DNA of 64,000 nucleotides from Roseibacillus sp. (GCA_051251855.1 JBPOGI010000001.1:1728001-1792000); one strand, 5' to 3'; shown: positions 42,162 to 53,289, counted from the stretch's first letter. Notes: generated from the letters alone by a model not told the origin. Numbers and translations are program-made.

Positions 42162-42953
42162 TCACCAAAGCCCCAGCTTCCCCGTCGCCACCGCATACCA
42201 GCCCATCAGCAAATTCGCCACCCCGTGCATCACCACGCAAGCGCCTAAGCTCTTGGTCCAAATCGCACAGAGATACATCACCGTTCCAAAGGCAATCGCT
42301 CCCGCATAATCAATGGGCGCATGCGCAATCATGAACGCCAAAGTCACCACCCCGTAGGTCAACCAACTCGGTTTCCCGAACGGCACCTTCCAATAGTTGC
42401 CATCGCGATCGAGCAACCAACGCATCAAAAAACCGCGCCAAAAAATCTCCTCCACCAACGAAACAATCACCACCGCTCGAAAGAACCGGAGCGACAACGA
42501 AGTCCAATCCGCCGCACTATCAAACGCCAACGCGTTCGCCCCAAACATCCTGGCATCAAAACCATCCAAACGCTCCTGCACCCCGAGGCGCTTCAGCCAT
42601 CCCGGAACATCCTCATCCGAGGCAAAGCCCATCCACTCGTAGGTTTGCGTCGGCAACAACCAAAACCCAATTCCAATTGCTCCCAACACCGCCCCGATCA
42701 GACTCGTCTTCCAGGACCAATTAAAATCGAACTTCTTCCACCAAAAAACTAACAACCCCAAACAGATAACACTCTGCATCGGGTAAATCCACTGGTCCGC
42801 ATCACGACGCCACCAGGGCAAATCAGAATGGTCTCGAAAGAAGCCATCAAAGCTCCCCACTACAAAACCCACCACCCCCATAAAGATAAGAAAAGCCATC
42901 AACGGCACCACATGCGCCAGATTCTTGTCTGCTCTGATTTTCTGAAGGTCCAT
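42162..42953 (-). CDS. CAAX prenyl protease-related (CPBP) intramembrane metalloprotease
   Basis: VEEIFWRGFL, F..AH, H...N motifs; multiple TM. Confidence 0.9.
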   Translation of the reverse strand: MDLQKIRADKNLAHVVPLMAFLIFMGVVGFVVGSFDGFFRDHSDLPWWRRDADQWIYPMQSVICLGLLVFWWKKFDFNWSWKTSLIGAVLGAIGIGFWLLPTQTYEWMGFASDEDVPGWLKRLGVQERLDGFDARMFGANALAFDSAADWTSLSLRFFRAVVIVSLVEEIFWRGFLMRWLLDRDGNYWKVPFGKPSWLTYGVVTLAFMIAHAPIDYAGAIAFGTVMYLCAIWTKSLGACVVMHGVANLLMGWYAVATGKLGLW

Positions 42954-42977
42954 AAGTGAAGATATAAAAGAGAGACG

Positions 42978-44156
42978 CTATCCCAACCGCCCCACAAACG
43001 CCTCCATCTTATCCATCGCCAATTCCAACTGGTCGAAAGCAGTAGCATAACAACAACGCAGGAACCCTTCCCCTCCCTCACCAAAAGCCGTCCCCGGCAC
43101 CGCCGCGACATCTTCCTCTTCTAACAATTTCAAAGCAAACTCCTGACTCGTCAGCCCAAACTTCGTGATATCAGGAAAGACATAGAACGCGCCTCCCGGC
43201 GAGTGGCACTCTAAACCCATCTCATTCAGCCGCCGCACCACGAAATCACGCCTAACCTTGTAGTCCTGCCGCATATTTTCCACCGCAACCAAGGAGTCGG
43301 GATTATCAAGAGCTTCCAGCGCCGCCACCTGACTCGTAATCGGGGCACAGAGCATCGAATACTGGTGAATCTTCATCATCGCGTCCGTCAAGGGAGCAGG
43401 CGCACACGAGTATCCCAAGCGGAACCCCGTCATCGAAAACGCTTTCGAAAATCCGTGCAACAAAATCGTCCGCTCACGCATCCCCGGCAGACTCGCAATC
43501 GAAACATGCTTCTCCCCATCATAGCGCAGCTCCGAATAAATCTCATCCGTCAGCACAATCAGATCATGCTCAATCGCAATCTGAGCGATGCCCTCTAATT
43601 GCTCCCGAGAACAAACCGCACCCGTCGGATTGGTGGGAAAGTTTAGCATAATCACCCGCGTCCGATCCGTCACGGCCGCCTTCACTGCTTCCGGAGTGAG
43701 CGCAAAGCCATCCTCCTTCTTCGTCGTTACCTCCACCGCCTTGCCGTGAGCCATCACCACACTGGGCGAATAGGAAACATAACAGGGTGCATGATAAATC
43801 ACCTCATCCCCCGGATTCAGCAGTGCACGCAACGCTAGGTCCAGCGCCTCACTCACTCCCACCGTGATTAAAATCTCACTATCGGCATCATACTCGACAT
43901 CGAAGAAGCCTTTGCAGTACTTCGAAATCGACTTCCGCAAGCTCAACAACCCCAGATTGGAGGTATAGCTCGTTTGCCCTTTCTCCAAAGACTCAATGGC
44001 CGCGGCCCGAATGTTCCAAGGCGTCGGAAAATCTGGCTCTCCCACCCCCAGCGAAATGACGTCATCACGCCCAATCACGAGCTCGAAAAAGTCACGAATA
44101 CCTGACCGCGGAACCTTGCCCACTTGGTCTGAAATTTTACCTTCGTAGTCAATCAT
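42978..44156 (-). CDS. PLP-dependent aminotransferase class I/II
   Basis: SLGVGEPDF, NFPTNPTG, DEIY, GFSKAFSMTGFRLGY. Confidence 0.95.
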   Translation of the reverse strand: MIDYEGKISDQVGKVPRSGIRDFFELVIGRDDVISLGVGEPDFPTPWNIRAAAIESLEKGQTSYTSNLGLLSLRKSISKYCKGFFDVEYDADSEILITVGVSEALDLALRALLNPGDEVIYHAPCYVSYSPSVVMAHGKAVEVTTKKEDGFALTPEAVKAAVTDRTRVIMLNFPTNPTGAVCSREQLEGIAQIAIEHDLIVLTDEIYSELRYDGEKHVSIASLPGMRERTILLHGFSKAFSMTGFRLGYSCAPAPLTDAMMKIHQYSMLCAPITSQVAALEALDNPDSLVAVENMRQDYKVRRDFVVRRLNEMGLECHSPGGAFYVFPDITKFGLTSQEFALKLLEEEDVAAVPGTAFGEGGEGFLRCCYATAFDQLELAMDKMEAFVGRLG

Positions 44157-44638
44157 GGCGAAACCAACAGACGATCACCCTCAGAATTGCCCCCAAAGAG
44201 AAATCCGCTCTCTTTGTATGTCTTTAGTCGGAAATGAGTCGCCGTCGACAACACCCCCTCTAACGAGCTCAATTTCTCACTCACAAAGCGCGCCACCGAC
44301 ATCAAATCCTCCCCACTGACCATCACCATCAGGTCATAGCCCCCGCTGGCCAGATAACAGCTTTCCACTTGGTCGAACTTCGCAATCCGCGACGCCAAGC
44401 GGTCGAAGCCACCGCCACCTTCAGGTGTCAATCTCACCTCAATAAAGGCCGAAACTCCCGCCTCCTTCGCTTTCGCAGTATCAATCACCGCTTGATACCC
44501 AAGAATCAGACCGTCCGCTTCCCAGGCCGCAACTTTAGCTCTCACCTCGTCTTCGGGCATAGAAAACCTCTCCGCAAGCGACGCCAGAGACTGACGTCCC
44601 TCGCGCCTCAACACTTCCAGCATCGGGTCAAGCGACAT
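44153..44638 (-). CDS. Lrp/AsnC family transcriptional regulator
   Basis: N-terminal HTH; SGGYDL, STATHF.LK.YK; ATGA-coupled to the aminotransferase (YugG/YugH-like pair). Confidence 0.9.
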   Translation of the reverse strand: MSLDPMLEVLRREGRQSLASLAERFSMPEDEVRAKVAAWEADGLILGYQAVIDTAKAKEAGVSAFIEVRLTPEGGGGFDRLASRIAKFDQVESCYLASGGYDLMVMVSGEDLMSVARFVSEKLSSLEGVLSTATHFRLKTYKESGFLFGGNSEGDRLLVSP

Positions 44639-44805
44639 GCCTTGCAAATAACGCCCCCCCCACAATAAGTCGAGGCCAATACCAGCTGAAAGGAGCCTTC
44701 AACACCGCTTAACAAGAGTTTAACAAGCGGAAGCTATACTCATCCTTGCGTTCCCCTATAATCAATGGGATCTTACTTCAGTTCGTTCCTACTCAACCGA
44801 GTGCC

Positions 44806-45321
44806 ATGAGAAAGCCCACTCCTCTCCCCCTCGCCTGCCTTGCTCTTCTGCTGGTCCTCGTTTTCGTCGTCACTTTGCTTTCTCCAAAGAACCAAGACAG
44901 CCCCCTCCCACAAGACTCCCCTTTGACTGCCTCAGCCCCCCCATCTGAGCAAAAAACGACCAACACCCGCCCCAAAGAATACGTTATCAAAGGCCTCACC
45001 CAGTTTTCCAATCCGCAAAAATCGAAGCCAACCTCCCCCTCCCTCAATCCCTCGCAGGACAGCGTCGCGCCCGCGCACCGTCCTCTTCAGCAAGAGCTCC
45101 TGCAAAGACGTCTCCTCCGCGACGAAAGCCTCCTTACGAGAGAGTTGCTCGCCGACGGCACCGAGCTCATCCACCTCAATGGCACCCAAGGCCACTTTTC
45201 AGCAGCCTCTATCGCTCCCGATGGCACAATAGAGACCCAATGCCATAGTAGCTTTGAGGGTCTCATCAACCAAGCCTCCCTTCCTGTAACCGCAGCTGCC
45301 GTCCCCTCTTCCACGAAATGA
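44806..45321 (+). CDS. hypothetical exported protein, possible post-PEP-CTERM-1-like domain
   Basis: N-terminal TM, Pro/Ser linker, LADGTELIHLNG...SAASIAPDGTIETQC; ATGA overlap with the peptidase. Confidence 0.6.
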   Translation: MRKPTPLPLACLALLLVLVFVVTLLSPKNQDSPLPQDSPLTASAPPSEQKTTNTRPKEYVIKGLTQFSNPQKSKPTSPSLNPSQDSVAPAHRPLQQELLQRRLLRDESLLTRELLADGTELIHLNGTQGHFSAASIAPDGTIETQCHSSFEGLINQASLPVTAAAVPSSTK

Positions 45322-47144
45322 ATTTTCTTTCCCTCCTAGTCTCCTTGGCACTCGCCACTAGCACCCTTTGGGCCCAAAGCCAGAGCGCCACTTTCGTATT
45401 CATCTCCACCGATGCTGCCGGCGAAGGCTTTAACGACACCACCCCTCGCTCTGAGGTTGAAAGCAGCCTCCTAGGTGATAACCCGGGCACCACCTTAGGA
45501 GAAATTCGGCAAAACGTGCTCACCAAAGCAGGTGACCGCTGGTCCGAACTCCTCCTCAGCAACGTCCCGATTCGAGTGGAAGTCGACTACGAAGATTTCG
45601 GTGGTTCCTCAGGCGGCTCCATCACCCTCGCAGGTGCCTTGAACACCACCGTCGCCCAGAATTTCACCAACGCCCCGCTGCCCAACACCCTCTACCCAAT
45701 TGCTCTCGCCAATAGCCTCGCGGGCATCGACCTCTCCACGCAATCCGATATCGAAGTCTCCGTCAACGCCAACGCCGAACTCAACGATACCCAGACCGGC
45801 AGCTTCACTTGGTATTATGGTTTCGACGGCAACGGTCCCTCAGGAACGGTCGATTTTCTCGACGTCATCAGCCACGAACTCGGCCACGGTCTCGGATTTG
45901 CTTCCAACGTGAGTAGCACCACTGGAGGCTACTTTGGCGGAAGCCCTAATGCCTTCGCCTCCCTCATCTATGATGCCAGCTTAGAACTGCCATGGACACA
46001 AATGACCGCTGCCCAGAGAGTCACCTCGTCAACCTCTGACCCCAACCTCACTTGGAACGGCCCCAACGTCACCGGAGCCATCAACGGAATCGAATCGTTT
46101 GTATCCCAAGGGAGTAATATCTCGGACGACAACACTTTCGCTGCCATCCAAGCAGCCTTCGGAGGCAGTATCCCTGCCACCGGGACCTCCGGGAGCCTAG
46201 TTCTCGTCGACGATGGCGTCGGAGAGGAACTCAGTAACGGAGTCGGCTCCACTGCCGACTTGGTCGAAGAAATTCAAAACGGAGCGGAAGTCTCCGGCAA
46301 TATCGCGCTCATCGCTCGCGGCCTAGTGAACTTCGACCTCAAAGTCGTTCGTGCCGAAAACGCCGGAGCCATTGCCGCCGTGGTCTACAACAACGTCGAT
46401 GGCGATGCTCTCCTCACCCCCAGTGGCGGCACCGGCGAGAACGTTCCCACCATCCCCATGGTTTTCATTTCAGAAAATAGCGGCAACGAGTTGCGGGCCC
46501 TTCTCACCGACGACGTCGTTCTCACCATCTTCAATAACAGAGTCGTTGTCCAAACCGAGAACCCACCCCCCACCATCACCCGCCTTCGTCTGCACGCCCC
46601 CGCCACCTTCGAGACAGGGTCATCCATCTCCCATTGGACCAACGACTCCTTCCCCAATCTCCTCATGGAGCCCTCCATCAACAACAACCTCACCCCAGAC
46701 CTCGATCTTTCTGTCCTTCTCATGAAAGACATCGGCTGGAACACCCAGAACATCGACATCCCCTACCTCACCTACGACTTGTGGCTTGCCGAGACCGGTC
46801 TCGATGACGAAGCAAGCAACACCGCGCAAGACGACGATTTCGACAACGATGGTCTTTCTAACATCGAGGAATACTACCATGGCACCGACCCCTTCACTCC
46901 ACAGCCACCTCAACTCGAACTCGTCCTTGAGGATGGCACCCTCCAACACCAGCGCTCCACCCTCTCCAACGACCTCATTCTCGAGTATCAAAGGGGCGAG
47001 ACGCTCACTGACTTCACCACTTTTTCCGCATCCGAAACGACCTCCTCTCTGGACGAGCCATTCGAAGACACCGAAATAGACATCGACCTCAACGAGGTTC
47101 GCCAATTCTTCCGCCTCCGCATCCAAGCTTTGGAAGGCAACTAA
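45318..47144 (+). CDS. secreted zinc metallopeptidase with PA domain and shared terminal module
   Basis: HELGHGLGF zincin motif; PA domain GNIALIARG..F..KV..AENAGA.AAVVYNN; GSSISHW, LMEP. Confidence 0.88.
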   Translation: MNFLSLLVSLALATSTLWAQSQSATFVFISTDAAGEGFNDTTPRSEVESSLLGDNPGTTLGEIRQNVLTKAGDRWSELLLSNVPIRVEVDYEDFGGSSGGSITLAGALNTTVAQNFTNAPLPNTLYPIALANSLAGIDLSTQSDIEVSVNANAELNDTQTGSFTWYYGFDGNGPSGTVDFLDVISHELGHGLGFASNVSSTTGGYFGGSPNAFASLIYDASLELPWTQMTAAQRVTSSTSDPNLTWNGPNVTGAINGIESFVSQGSNISDDNTFAAIQAAFGGSIPATGTSGSLVLVDDGVGEELSNGVGSTADLVEEIQNGAEVSGNIALIARGLVNFDLKVVRAENAGAIAAVVYNNVDGDALLTPSGGTGENVPTIPMVFISENSGNELRALLTDDVVLTIFNNRVVVQTENPPPTITRLRLHAPATFETGSSISHWTNDSFPNLLMEPSINNNLTPDLDLSVLLMKDIGWNTQNIDIPYLTYDLWLAETGLDDEASNTAQDDDFDNDGLSNIEEYYHGTDPFTPQPPQLELVLEDGTLQHQRSTLSNDLILEYQRGETLTDFTTFSASETTSSLDEPFEDTEIDIDLNEVRQFFRLRIQALEGN

Positions 47145-47432
47145 ATGAAACTTTCTGACGACATCACCAGCGCGCGCCTCCTCAAAGTCAAAGGCCTCCT
47201 TTTCGCCGCTCTTGGGCTCGTCGCCAGCACTCTACTCCTCATCACCAGCCCCACCCTCTCGACCGCAATTCTTCTCGCCATCGCCATTTGGGCCTTCTGC
47301 CGTTTCTACTACTTCCCCTTTTACGTTCTCGAAAACTACGCCGGTCAGAAGCGCCCTTATTCAGGACTCTGGGATGCCCTCCGCGAAGCAGTGAAGATGA
47401 AAGAATCCACCCACAAAGAGGACTCGCAATAG
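47145..47432 (+). CDS. small membrane protein
   Basis: Starts immediately after the peptidase stop; KGLLF..., IWAFCRFYYF.FYV. Confidence 0.7.
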   Translation: MKLSDDITSARLLKVKGLLFAALGLVASTLLLITSPTLSTAILLAIAIWAFCRFYYFPFYVLENYAGQKRPYSGLWDALREAVKMKESTHKEDSQ

Positions 47433-47457
47433 AGGCCATTCTTCCTAAACTTCGCCC

Positions 47458-47892
47458 ATGAATTCCGAAAACGGTCCTCCGCCACTCCAACAACACCAGC
47501 AACCACCGCCCGGGCTTCCACATCAAGTCATTACCCACCCCGACAACCCACACGCCCCCTACGCTCCCAACGACGACGAGCGCACCATGGCCATGCTCGT
47601 CCACCTCCTTGGACTTCTGACTGGCTTCGTCGGCCCGCTCATCCTCTGGCTCGTTAAACGAGAGACATCTCATTACATCGACCACCACGGCAAAGAGTGC
47701 GTTAACTTCATGATCACCACCCTTATCGTCTCTATTCCCATGCTTTTCATCGTGTTCATCACTTTCGGCATCGGATTTATCCTCTACATCCCTTGGATCA
47801 TCATGATTTACGTCTTTGACATCATGGCCTGCATCCAAGCCTACAAAGGCTCCTGGCACCGTATCCCCCTCACCATCCGCCTGATCAAATAA
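47458..47892 (+). CDS. DUF4870 (Tic20-like) membrane protein
   Basis: ERTMAMLVHL, GPLILWL.K, HGKE.VNF.IT, A.KG....PL. Confidence 0.88.
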   Translation: MNSENGPPPLQQHQQPPPGLPHQVITHPDNPHAPYAPNDDERTMAMLVHLLGLLTGFVGPLILWLVKRETSHYIDHHGKECVNFMITTLIVSIPMLFIVFITFGIGFILYIPWIIMIYVFDIMACIQAYKGSWHRIPLTIRLIK

Positions 47893-48096
47893 TACCATTT
47901 GAGCGGTTCAATTGGTGTAATGGTCGGAGTCAGGTTTTCCAAGACCAAGGCGCGCCGAGGGAGGAGTGCGGGCACTCTGACCGAGACGTAACGCCGGTAT
48001 TGGGAAACTTGACCCGGCTTTCTGAGTGCTCGCGCAGCGCTTTTCTTAAAACCCAAAATAAAACCATTGCATCAATTTAACTGTGAGAATGGTATA
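47891..48096. mobile_element. ERIC/IRU-like MITE (~205 bp, TACC...GGTATA ends)
   Basis: ~35-bp imperfect terminal inverted repeats plus inner stem GTCAGGTTTTCCAAGACC/GGTATTGGGAAACTTGAC and AAGGCG..AACGCC core. Confidence 0.7.
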
Positions 48097-48182
48097 ATCG
48101 CCTTGATAAGGCACACGCCTGCCTTGCGTCCCAGCCCACGCGCGTGTAAGAGTCCGCCTTTCAAGCTCAGCGCAACAATTTC

Positions 48183-51100
48183 ATGCTTAAGTGGACTCTC
48201 CAAAAAATCGTCGGGACTAAGAACCAACGCGAAGTCAAACGACTCCGCCCAGTCGCGGCCAAAATCAACGAAATCGAAGAAGGCCTTCAAAAAGAACCCG
48301 AATCTATTCTCGTTGAGAAAACCCGTGTCTGGCAGGCAAAACTGCACCGTTTTCTCCCTCTTCACACCCCAACCAAGCGCACCATCGAGCAACTCGAGCC
48401 CGAGCCCTTGGCTGAACTGACCGCCATGGTTTCGGCCCGAATCGAAGCCTTGCGCCCCGATTTTCCCAGCCTTCCTCAGGTTACCGCTTCTCCCGCCTCC
48501 ATCGAGGAAGCCAAAGAAGCCTTCCGCGGCATCGAAGACCAATTTCCCAAGCTCCGCGAAAAATATCTCGAGGAAATCCTCCCCGAAGCCTTCGCTGTCG
48601 TCAAAAACGGAGCCCGTCGTATGTGCGGCCAGACCATCAACGTCGCCGACCAAGACCTCCTCTGGGAAATGGTCCACTTCGACGTTCAGCTCGTCGGCGG
48701 AACTGGCCTTCATCGCGGTATCATCGCCGAGATGCAAACAGGTGAAGGCAAAACCCTCGTCGCCACCCTTCCGGTCTACCTCAACGCCCTCACCGGTATG
48801 GGCGTGCACGTGATCACCGTCAACGACTACCTCGCTCGACGCGACTCCGAGTGGATGGGCTCCCTCTACCGCTACCTTGGCCTTACCGTCGGCTGCATCC
48901 AGAATGCCCAGCCCCCCCAAGAGCGCCGCGACCACTATGGTTGCGACATTACCTACGGCACCAATGCCGAATTTGGTTTCGACTACCTGCGCGACAACGG
49001 CATGGCCTCCTCCACCAGCCAACAGGTCCAGCGTGGACACTACTTCGCCATTATTGACGAAGTCGACTCCATCCTCATCGACGAAGCTCGAACTCCACTC
49101 ATCATCTCCGGTCCATCCACCGTCGCCACTTCCACCGAGAAGTATGTCGAATTCAAGGGCATGATCGAACAGCTCGTTAAAAAGCAGAACGGACTCTGCG
49201 CCGAGCTTGCTGCCGAAGCCAAAAAACAAATGGACGACGGCGAACCCGAAGAAGCAGGCCGCACCCTCTTCAAGCTCAAGCTCGCCCAACCACGTAACCA
49301 ACAGTTGATGGGCTTCATGGAAGACCCAGACACTCGCCGTATTGTGGAGAAAGCCGAGCTCGCGATGTATCAGGACACCCAAAAGAAGGACCTCTACGCC
49401 GCGAAAGAAGAACTCTATTACACCATCGACGAGAAAGCGCACGACGCCGACCTCATGGAGATGGCCCGCGAATTCCTTTCCCCCGGGGACCCCGAATCCT
49501 TCGTCCTCCCCGACCTCGCCGGAGCCTACGCCGACATCGATGCTCAGCTCGACATCGATGACCAGACCCGAGCTCAGATGAAGGAAGACGTCACCGCCAA
49601 GCTCGATGCTCAAGGCGAAAAGATGCACGTCATCTCCCAGCTGCTCAAAGCTTACTGCATCTACGAGAAAGACGTCGAATACGTCGTTCAAAACAACCAA
49701 GTCGTCATCGTCGACGAAAACACCGGTCGCGAGATGCCTGGCCGCCGCTGGTCCGACGGACTCCATCAAGCCGTTGAAGCCAAAGAAAACTGCGAGATCG
49801 AAGCCGAGACCCAGACCTACGCCACCATCACGATCCAGAACTACTTCCGTCTCTATCTCAAGCTTGCCGGTATGACCGGAACCGCTGAGACCGAAGCCGC
49901 CGAGTTCAAGGACATCTACAACCTCGACGTTCTCCCCATCCCCACCAACCGCCCTAACCAGCGCGAGGACCTCAACGACCAAGTCTTTAAAACTCGTCGC
50001 GAAAAAGAGAACGCCGTCATCGCCAAGATTCAGGAAGCACACGACAAAGGCCAACCCGTCCTCTGCGGAACTGCTTCCGTCGAATCCTCTGAGAACCTCT
50101 CCCGCCTCCTTAAAAAGGCCAAGATTACCCACAAAGTTCTCAACGCCAAATTCCACCGCCAGGAGGCGGAAATCGTCCAAGCCGCGGGCCAAAGTGGCTC
50201 CGTCACCGTCGCCACCAACATGGCCGGTCGCGGAACAGATATTAAGCTCGGCGAAGGCGTCCCCGAAGCCGGCGGACTGTTCGTCCTCGGCACCGAGCGC
50301 CACGAATCACGCCGTATCGACCGTCAGCTGCGCGGACGCTGTTCCCGTCAGGGCGACCCCGGCATGTCCCAGTTCTACATCTCCTTCGAGGATGACCTCA
50401 TGCGCAATTTTGCCGCTGCCGACCGCATGACCAGCATGATGGAACGCTTCGGAATGGAAGAAGGCGAAGCCCTCGAGCACAAGTGGCTCAACCGCTCCGT
50501 CGAAACCGCCCAAAAGCGCGTCGAGCAACACCGCTACCGCCAGCGTAAATACGTCCTCGATTTCGACGACGTCATGAACAATCAGCGCGAAGTCGTCTAC
50601 GGCTACCGCAACGAAGTTCTCAGCAGCGAAGACCCCCGCGAACTTCTCTATGAACTGATCGAAAAAGTGATTCCTGAGAAAGTTGACTTCTACATCAACC
50701 AACGCGACGAAGGCTCCTCGGACATTGTTGAGCTCATCGGCTGGGCTAATACCACCTTCCCTCTCCGTCTCGACCGCGACGAAGTCAAATTCGAAGAGAA
50801 AGAAGCCGACGAAGTCGCCACTTTCATCCTCGAAAAAGTCAAACAAGCCTACGAACTTAAAGTTAGCCACGAGCACCCTCAGATGCTCGACGACCTCGAG
50901 CGCCAAATCATCCTCGTCGCCATCGACCGTCAGTGGCAACAACACCTTTACAACATGGACTCCCTCCGCGACGGCATCAGCCTCCGCGCTCAAGGCCAAA
51001 AGGATCCCCTCGTCGAGTATAAGAACGAAGCCTACAAGCTCTTTGAAGAACTGATGGGTAATATCGAAGAGGAAGCCCTCGGCAACCTCTTCCGCTCCAC

Positions 51101-51353
51101 TACCAACCTCGAAGCCTACGAGAACTTCCTCCAGAACCTGCCCATGCAACTCGGTGGCGACGCACCCTCACCCGGTCAAGTCGCCCAAAGCAACATGTCC
51201 GTCACCACTAACGTCGGCGACATTAAGCCCAATAAGCCCGAGCTCAAACTGAACCTACCCAAACGCCGCCCCACCGTCAAAGTCGGTCGTAACGACGACT
51301 GCCCCTGCGGATCCGGCAAAAAGTTCAAATCCTGCCACGGCCAAGAAGAATAA
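48183..51353 (+). CDS. secA: preprotein translocase subunit SecA
   Basis: [68 protein letters not shown]. Confidence 0.98.
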   Translation: MLKWTLQKIVGTKNQREVKRLRPVAAKINEIEEGLQKEPESILVEKTRVWQAKLHRFLPLHTPTKRTIEQLEPEPLAELTAMVSARIEALRPDFPSLPQVTASPASIEEAKEAFRGIEDQFPKLREKYLEEILPEAFAVVKNGARRMCGQTINVADQDLLWEMVHFDVQLVGGTGLHRGIIAEMQTGEGKTLVATLPVYLNALTGMGVHVITVNDYLARRDSEWMGSLYRYLGLTVGCIQNAQPPQERRDHYGCDITYGTNAEFGFDYLRDNGMASSTSQQVQRGHYFAIIDEVDSILIDEARTPLIISGPSTVATSTEKYVEFKGMIEQLVKKQNGLCAELAAEAKKQMDDGEPEEAGRTLFKLKLAQPRNQQLMGFMEDPDTRRIVEKAELAMYQDTQKKDLYAAKEELYYTIDEKAHDADLMEMAREFLSPGDPESFVLPDLAGAYADIDAQLDIDDQTRAQMKEDVTAKLDAQGEKMHVISQLLKAYCIYEKDVEYVVQNNQVVIVDENTGREMPGRRWSDGLHQAVEAKENCEIEAETQTYATITIQNYFRLYLKLAGMTGTAETEAAEFKDIYNLDVLPIPTNRPNQREDLNDQVFKTRREKENAVIAKIQEAHDKGQPVLCGTASVESSENLSRLLKKAKITHKVLNAKFHRQEAEIVQAAGQSGSVTVATNMAGRGTDIKLGEGVPEAGGLFVLGTERHESRRIDRQLRGRCSRQGDPGMSQFYISFEDDLMRNFAAADRMTSMMERFGMEEGEALEHKWLNRSVETAQKRVEQHRYRQRKYVLDFDDVMNNQREVVYGYRNEVLSSEDPRELLYELIEKVIPEKVDFYINQRDEGSSDIVELIGWANTTFPLRLDRDEVKFEEKEADEVATFILEKVKQAYELKVSHEHPQMLDDLERQIILVAIDRQWQQHLYNMDSLRDGISLRAQGQKDPLVEYKNEAYKLFEELMGNIEEEALGNLFRSTTNLEAYENFLQNLPMQLGGDAPSPGQVAQSNMSVTTNVGDIKPNKPELKLNLPKRRPTVKVGRNDDCPCGSGKKFKSCHGQEE

Positions 51354-51364
51354 CAGGTCCGTCC

Positions 51365-51394
51365 CTGGGAGCGCTGGTCTTTGACCGGCCCCAC
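51365..51394 (+). repeat. solo GGAG-type REP (RAYT family copy)
   Basis: CTGGGAGCGCTGGTCTTTGACCGGCCCCAC, same as RAYT-flanking copies except the loop. Confidence 0.85.
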
Positions 51395-51480
51395 CGACCC
51401 CGTCCCTTCTACCGGACCGCGAATCTTGAGCTCGCCCCACCGGTAAGAACGAACGCAGCACTAGACCACCCCATTCACGG

Positions 51481-51693
51481 CAGGGTTCTTTTTAAACAGA
51501 AGGCCGCAAAGGACGAGGTTCTAGTTTTCTAACCACCGCTCTGCGGGGCACGGCAGGAGATAAGGAGGAAAAAGGAGCTCGTCCGTCGTGGTTCCTCTAA
51601 CAGAAGGCACCGAACCGACTCCTTTTTCCTCCTGACCTCCCTTTAAAAAAATCTCCGCGTTCCCCACCGCCCTCCAAGTCTCTGCGATTAAAA
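51481..51693. repeat. purine-rich/pyrimidine-rich palindromic repeat cluster
   Basis: AACAGAAGG, AACCACCGC..GGGGCACGGCAGGAGATAAGGAGGAAAAAGGAG and inverted CTCCTTTTTCCTCCT; shared with 53290-53793. Confidence 0.75.
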
Positions 51694-51700
51694 TCATCCC

Positions 51701-52138
51701 TCACTCCCCAATATCCTCATTCCACAGCTCCGGCTTCGCCTCAATAAACTCCTTCATCATCTTCACACACTCCTCACTCTTCACCACCTCAACCTCCACC
51801 CCACGCGACCTCAGCAACTCCTCTTCCCCCATAAAGGTCTCATTCTCCCCCACAATCACCTTCGGGATTCCATACAACAGAATCGCCCCACTGCACATGC
51901 TGCACGGCGAAAGCGTCGTATACAGCACACACTCCCGATAAACCTTCGCCGAAAGCCTCCCCGCCTTCTCCAGCGCATCCATCTCCCCGTGCAAAATCGC
52001 ACTCCCCCCCTGCACCCGCTGATTGTGCCCCCGCCCCAGAATCTTTCCCTCGTGCACCAACACACTCCCAATTGGTATGCCTCCTGCATTTAGTCCCATC
52101 TGCGCTTCTTCAATTGCTGCCTTTAAAAACGGATCCAT
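51701..52138 (-). CDS. cytosine/nucleoside deaminase (CDA fold)
   Basis: GGIPIGSVLV, HGE, TTLSPCSMC zinc motif. Confidence 0.92.
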   Translation of the reverse strand: MDPFLKAAIEEAQMGLNAGGIPIGSVLVHEGKILGRGHNQRVQGGSAILHGEMDALEKAGRLSAKVYRECVLYTTLSPCSMCSGAILLYGIPKVIVGENETFMGEEELLRSRGVEVEVVKSEECVKMMKEFIEAKPELWNEDIGE

Positions 52139-52223
52139 AATGTCTAAAACTACGCTACACTGTCCCTCCTGCCCAGCACCTCTCTGGCCAAATCACCAAT
52201 AACTTTCCACAAACCACACCCTT

Positions 52224-53285
52224 ATGCCCACCGTTCGCCTTTCCGGAACCGTCATCGGCTCCGAAGATCCCAATCGTTCCACTCGTGCCAAGCTCCTCTT
52301 CCACCTCTTCAATGCCGGCTGGGACATCTACAACTCCAACGGCGACCAGAAAATCACCCTCGGCAATATTGAGGAAAAAATCATCGAGTCCGAGGCCTTC
52401 GTTTTCACTCCAGGAGCCAGCCTCGAAGACTTCTTCAAGGCCATCTCCATCTTCGTCGGCTACCAAACTCTCGACAAAAACCTCGCTGCCAAGCCCACCA
52501 TCATCGTCAACGACGACAACTCTTGGGACATCATTTTTCAACTCCTCGACCACCTCAACAAGCTCGGCACCGTCAAACAAGACCACCGCGACTACCTCCT
52601 CGTCGCCGAAACTGCGGAAGGCGTCACTGAAGCCCTTAGCGAGTTCCGTGACAAAGGCCTCCCCCCCATCGACCGCGCTCCGCTTGAGGAAAAACAGGCC
52701 ATGCCTACCGCGGCCAACACCCCGGTCCCCGGCGACTACCTCGGTAACGTCTGCGTCTTCTGCTCGGCTACTATCGAGAAGGAGGATTACATTGCCGACG
52801 GCGAAACCCTCGGACGCGACCTCGCCGACAACAAACTCGGCTGTGTCTCCGGGGCAGGCAAGAGCGGAATCATGGGCGCCGTCGTCCGCGGCTCCGTCGC
52901 AGGCGAAGGCTGGACCGCAGGCTCCAACGTCCCTCACATCATCGAACTCGAAGGCCTCCCTGACGGCCTCGACGCTTTCTGGCTCCGCGACGACATCTAC
53001 ACTCGCATGGAGGTCATGATCGAAAACTCCGATGCCTTCGTCATCTTTCCTGGCGGCGCCGGCACCGTGCAAGAACTCCTTGCCCTCATGATCTTTCACC
53101 AGCAAGACCATGACCTCATGAAAGGCAAGCCCGTCATCATCTTCAACCGCCTCGACAGCAGCGGCGACCGCTTCTGGGAACCACTCGTCGAACTCCTTGG
53201 CAAATACTGCAATGCCGACGACTACACCATCGTCAACGAGCTCGACGAAATCGTCCCCGCCATCAAAGCAAAGCTCAAAAAATAA
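52224..53285 (+). CDS. LOG family protein with tandem LOG-like domains
   Basis: C-terminal VCVFCS, GAGKSGIMG, PGGAGTVQE, KPVIIFN; degenerate N-terminal copy (FVFTPGA..KPTIIVN). Confidence 0.85.
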   Translation: MPTVRLSGTVIGSEDPNRSTRAKLLFHLFNAGWDIYNSNGDQKITLGNIEEKIIESEAFVFTPGASLEDFFKAISIFVGYQTLDKNLAAKPTIIVNDDNSWDIIFQLLDHLNKLGTVKQDHRDYLLVAETAEGVTEALSEFRDKGLPPIDRAPLEEKQAMPTAANTPVPGDYLGNVCVFCSATIEKEDYIADGETLGRDLADNKLGCVSGAGKSGIMGAVVRGSVAGEGWTAGSNVPHIIELEGLPDGLDAFWLRDDIYTRMEVMIENSDAFVIFPGGAGTVQELLALMIFHQQDHDLMKGKPVIIFNRLDSSGDRFWEPLVELLGKYCNADDYTIVNELDEIVPAIKAKLKK

Positions 53286-53289
53286 CTCT

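Noticed and set aside
48072..50303. 743-aa antisense ORF (and 50307-51149) opposite secA
   Set aside because: Shadow of secA codon bias; no recognisable motifs.
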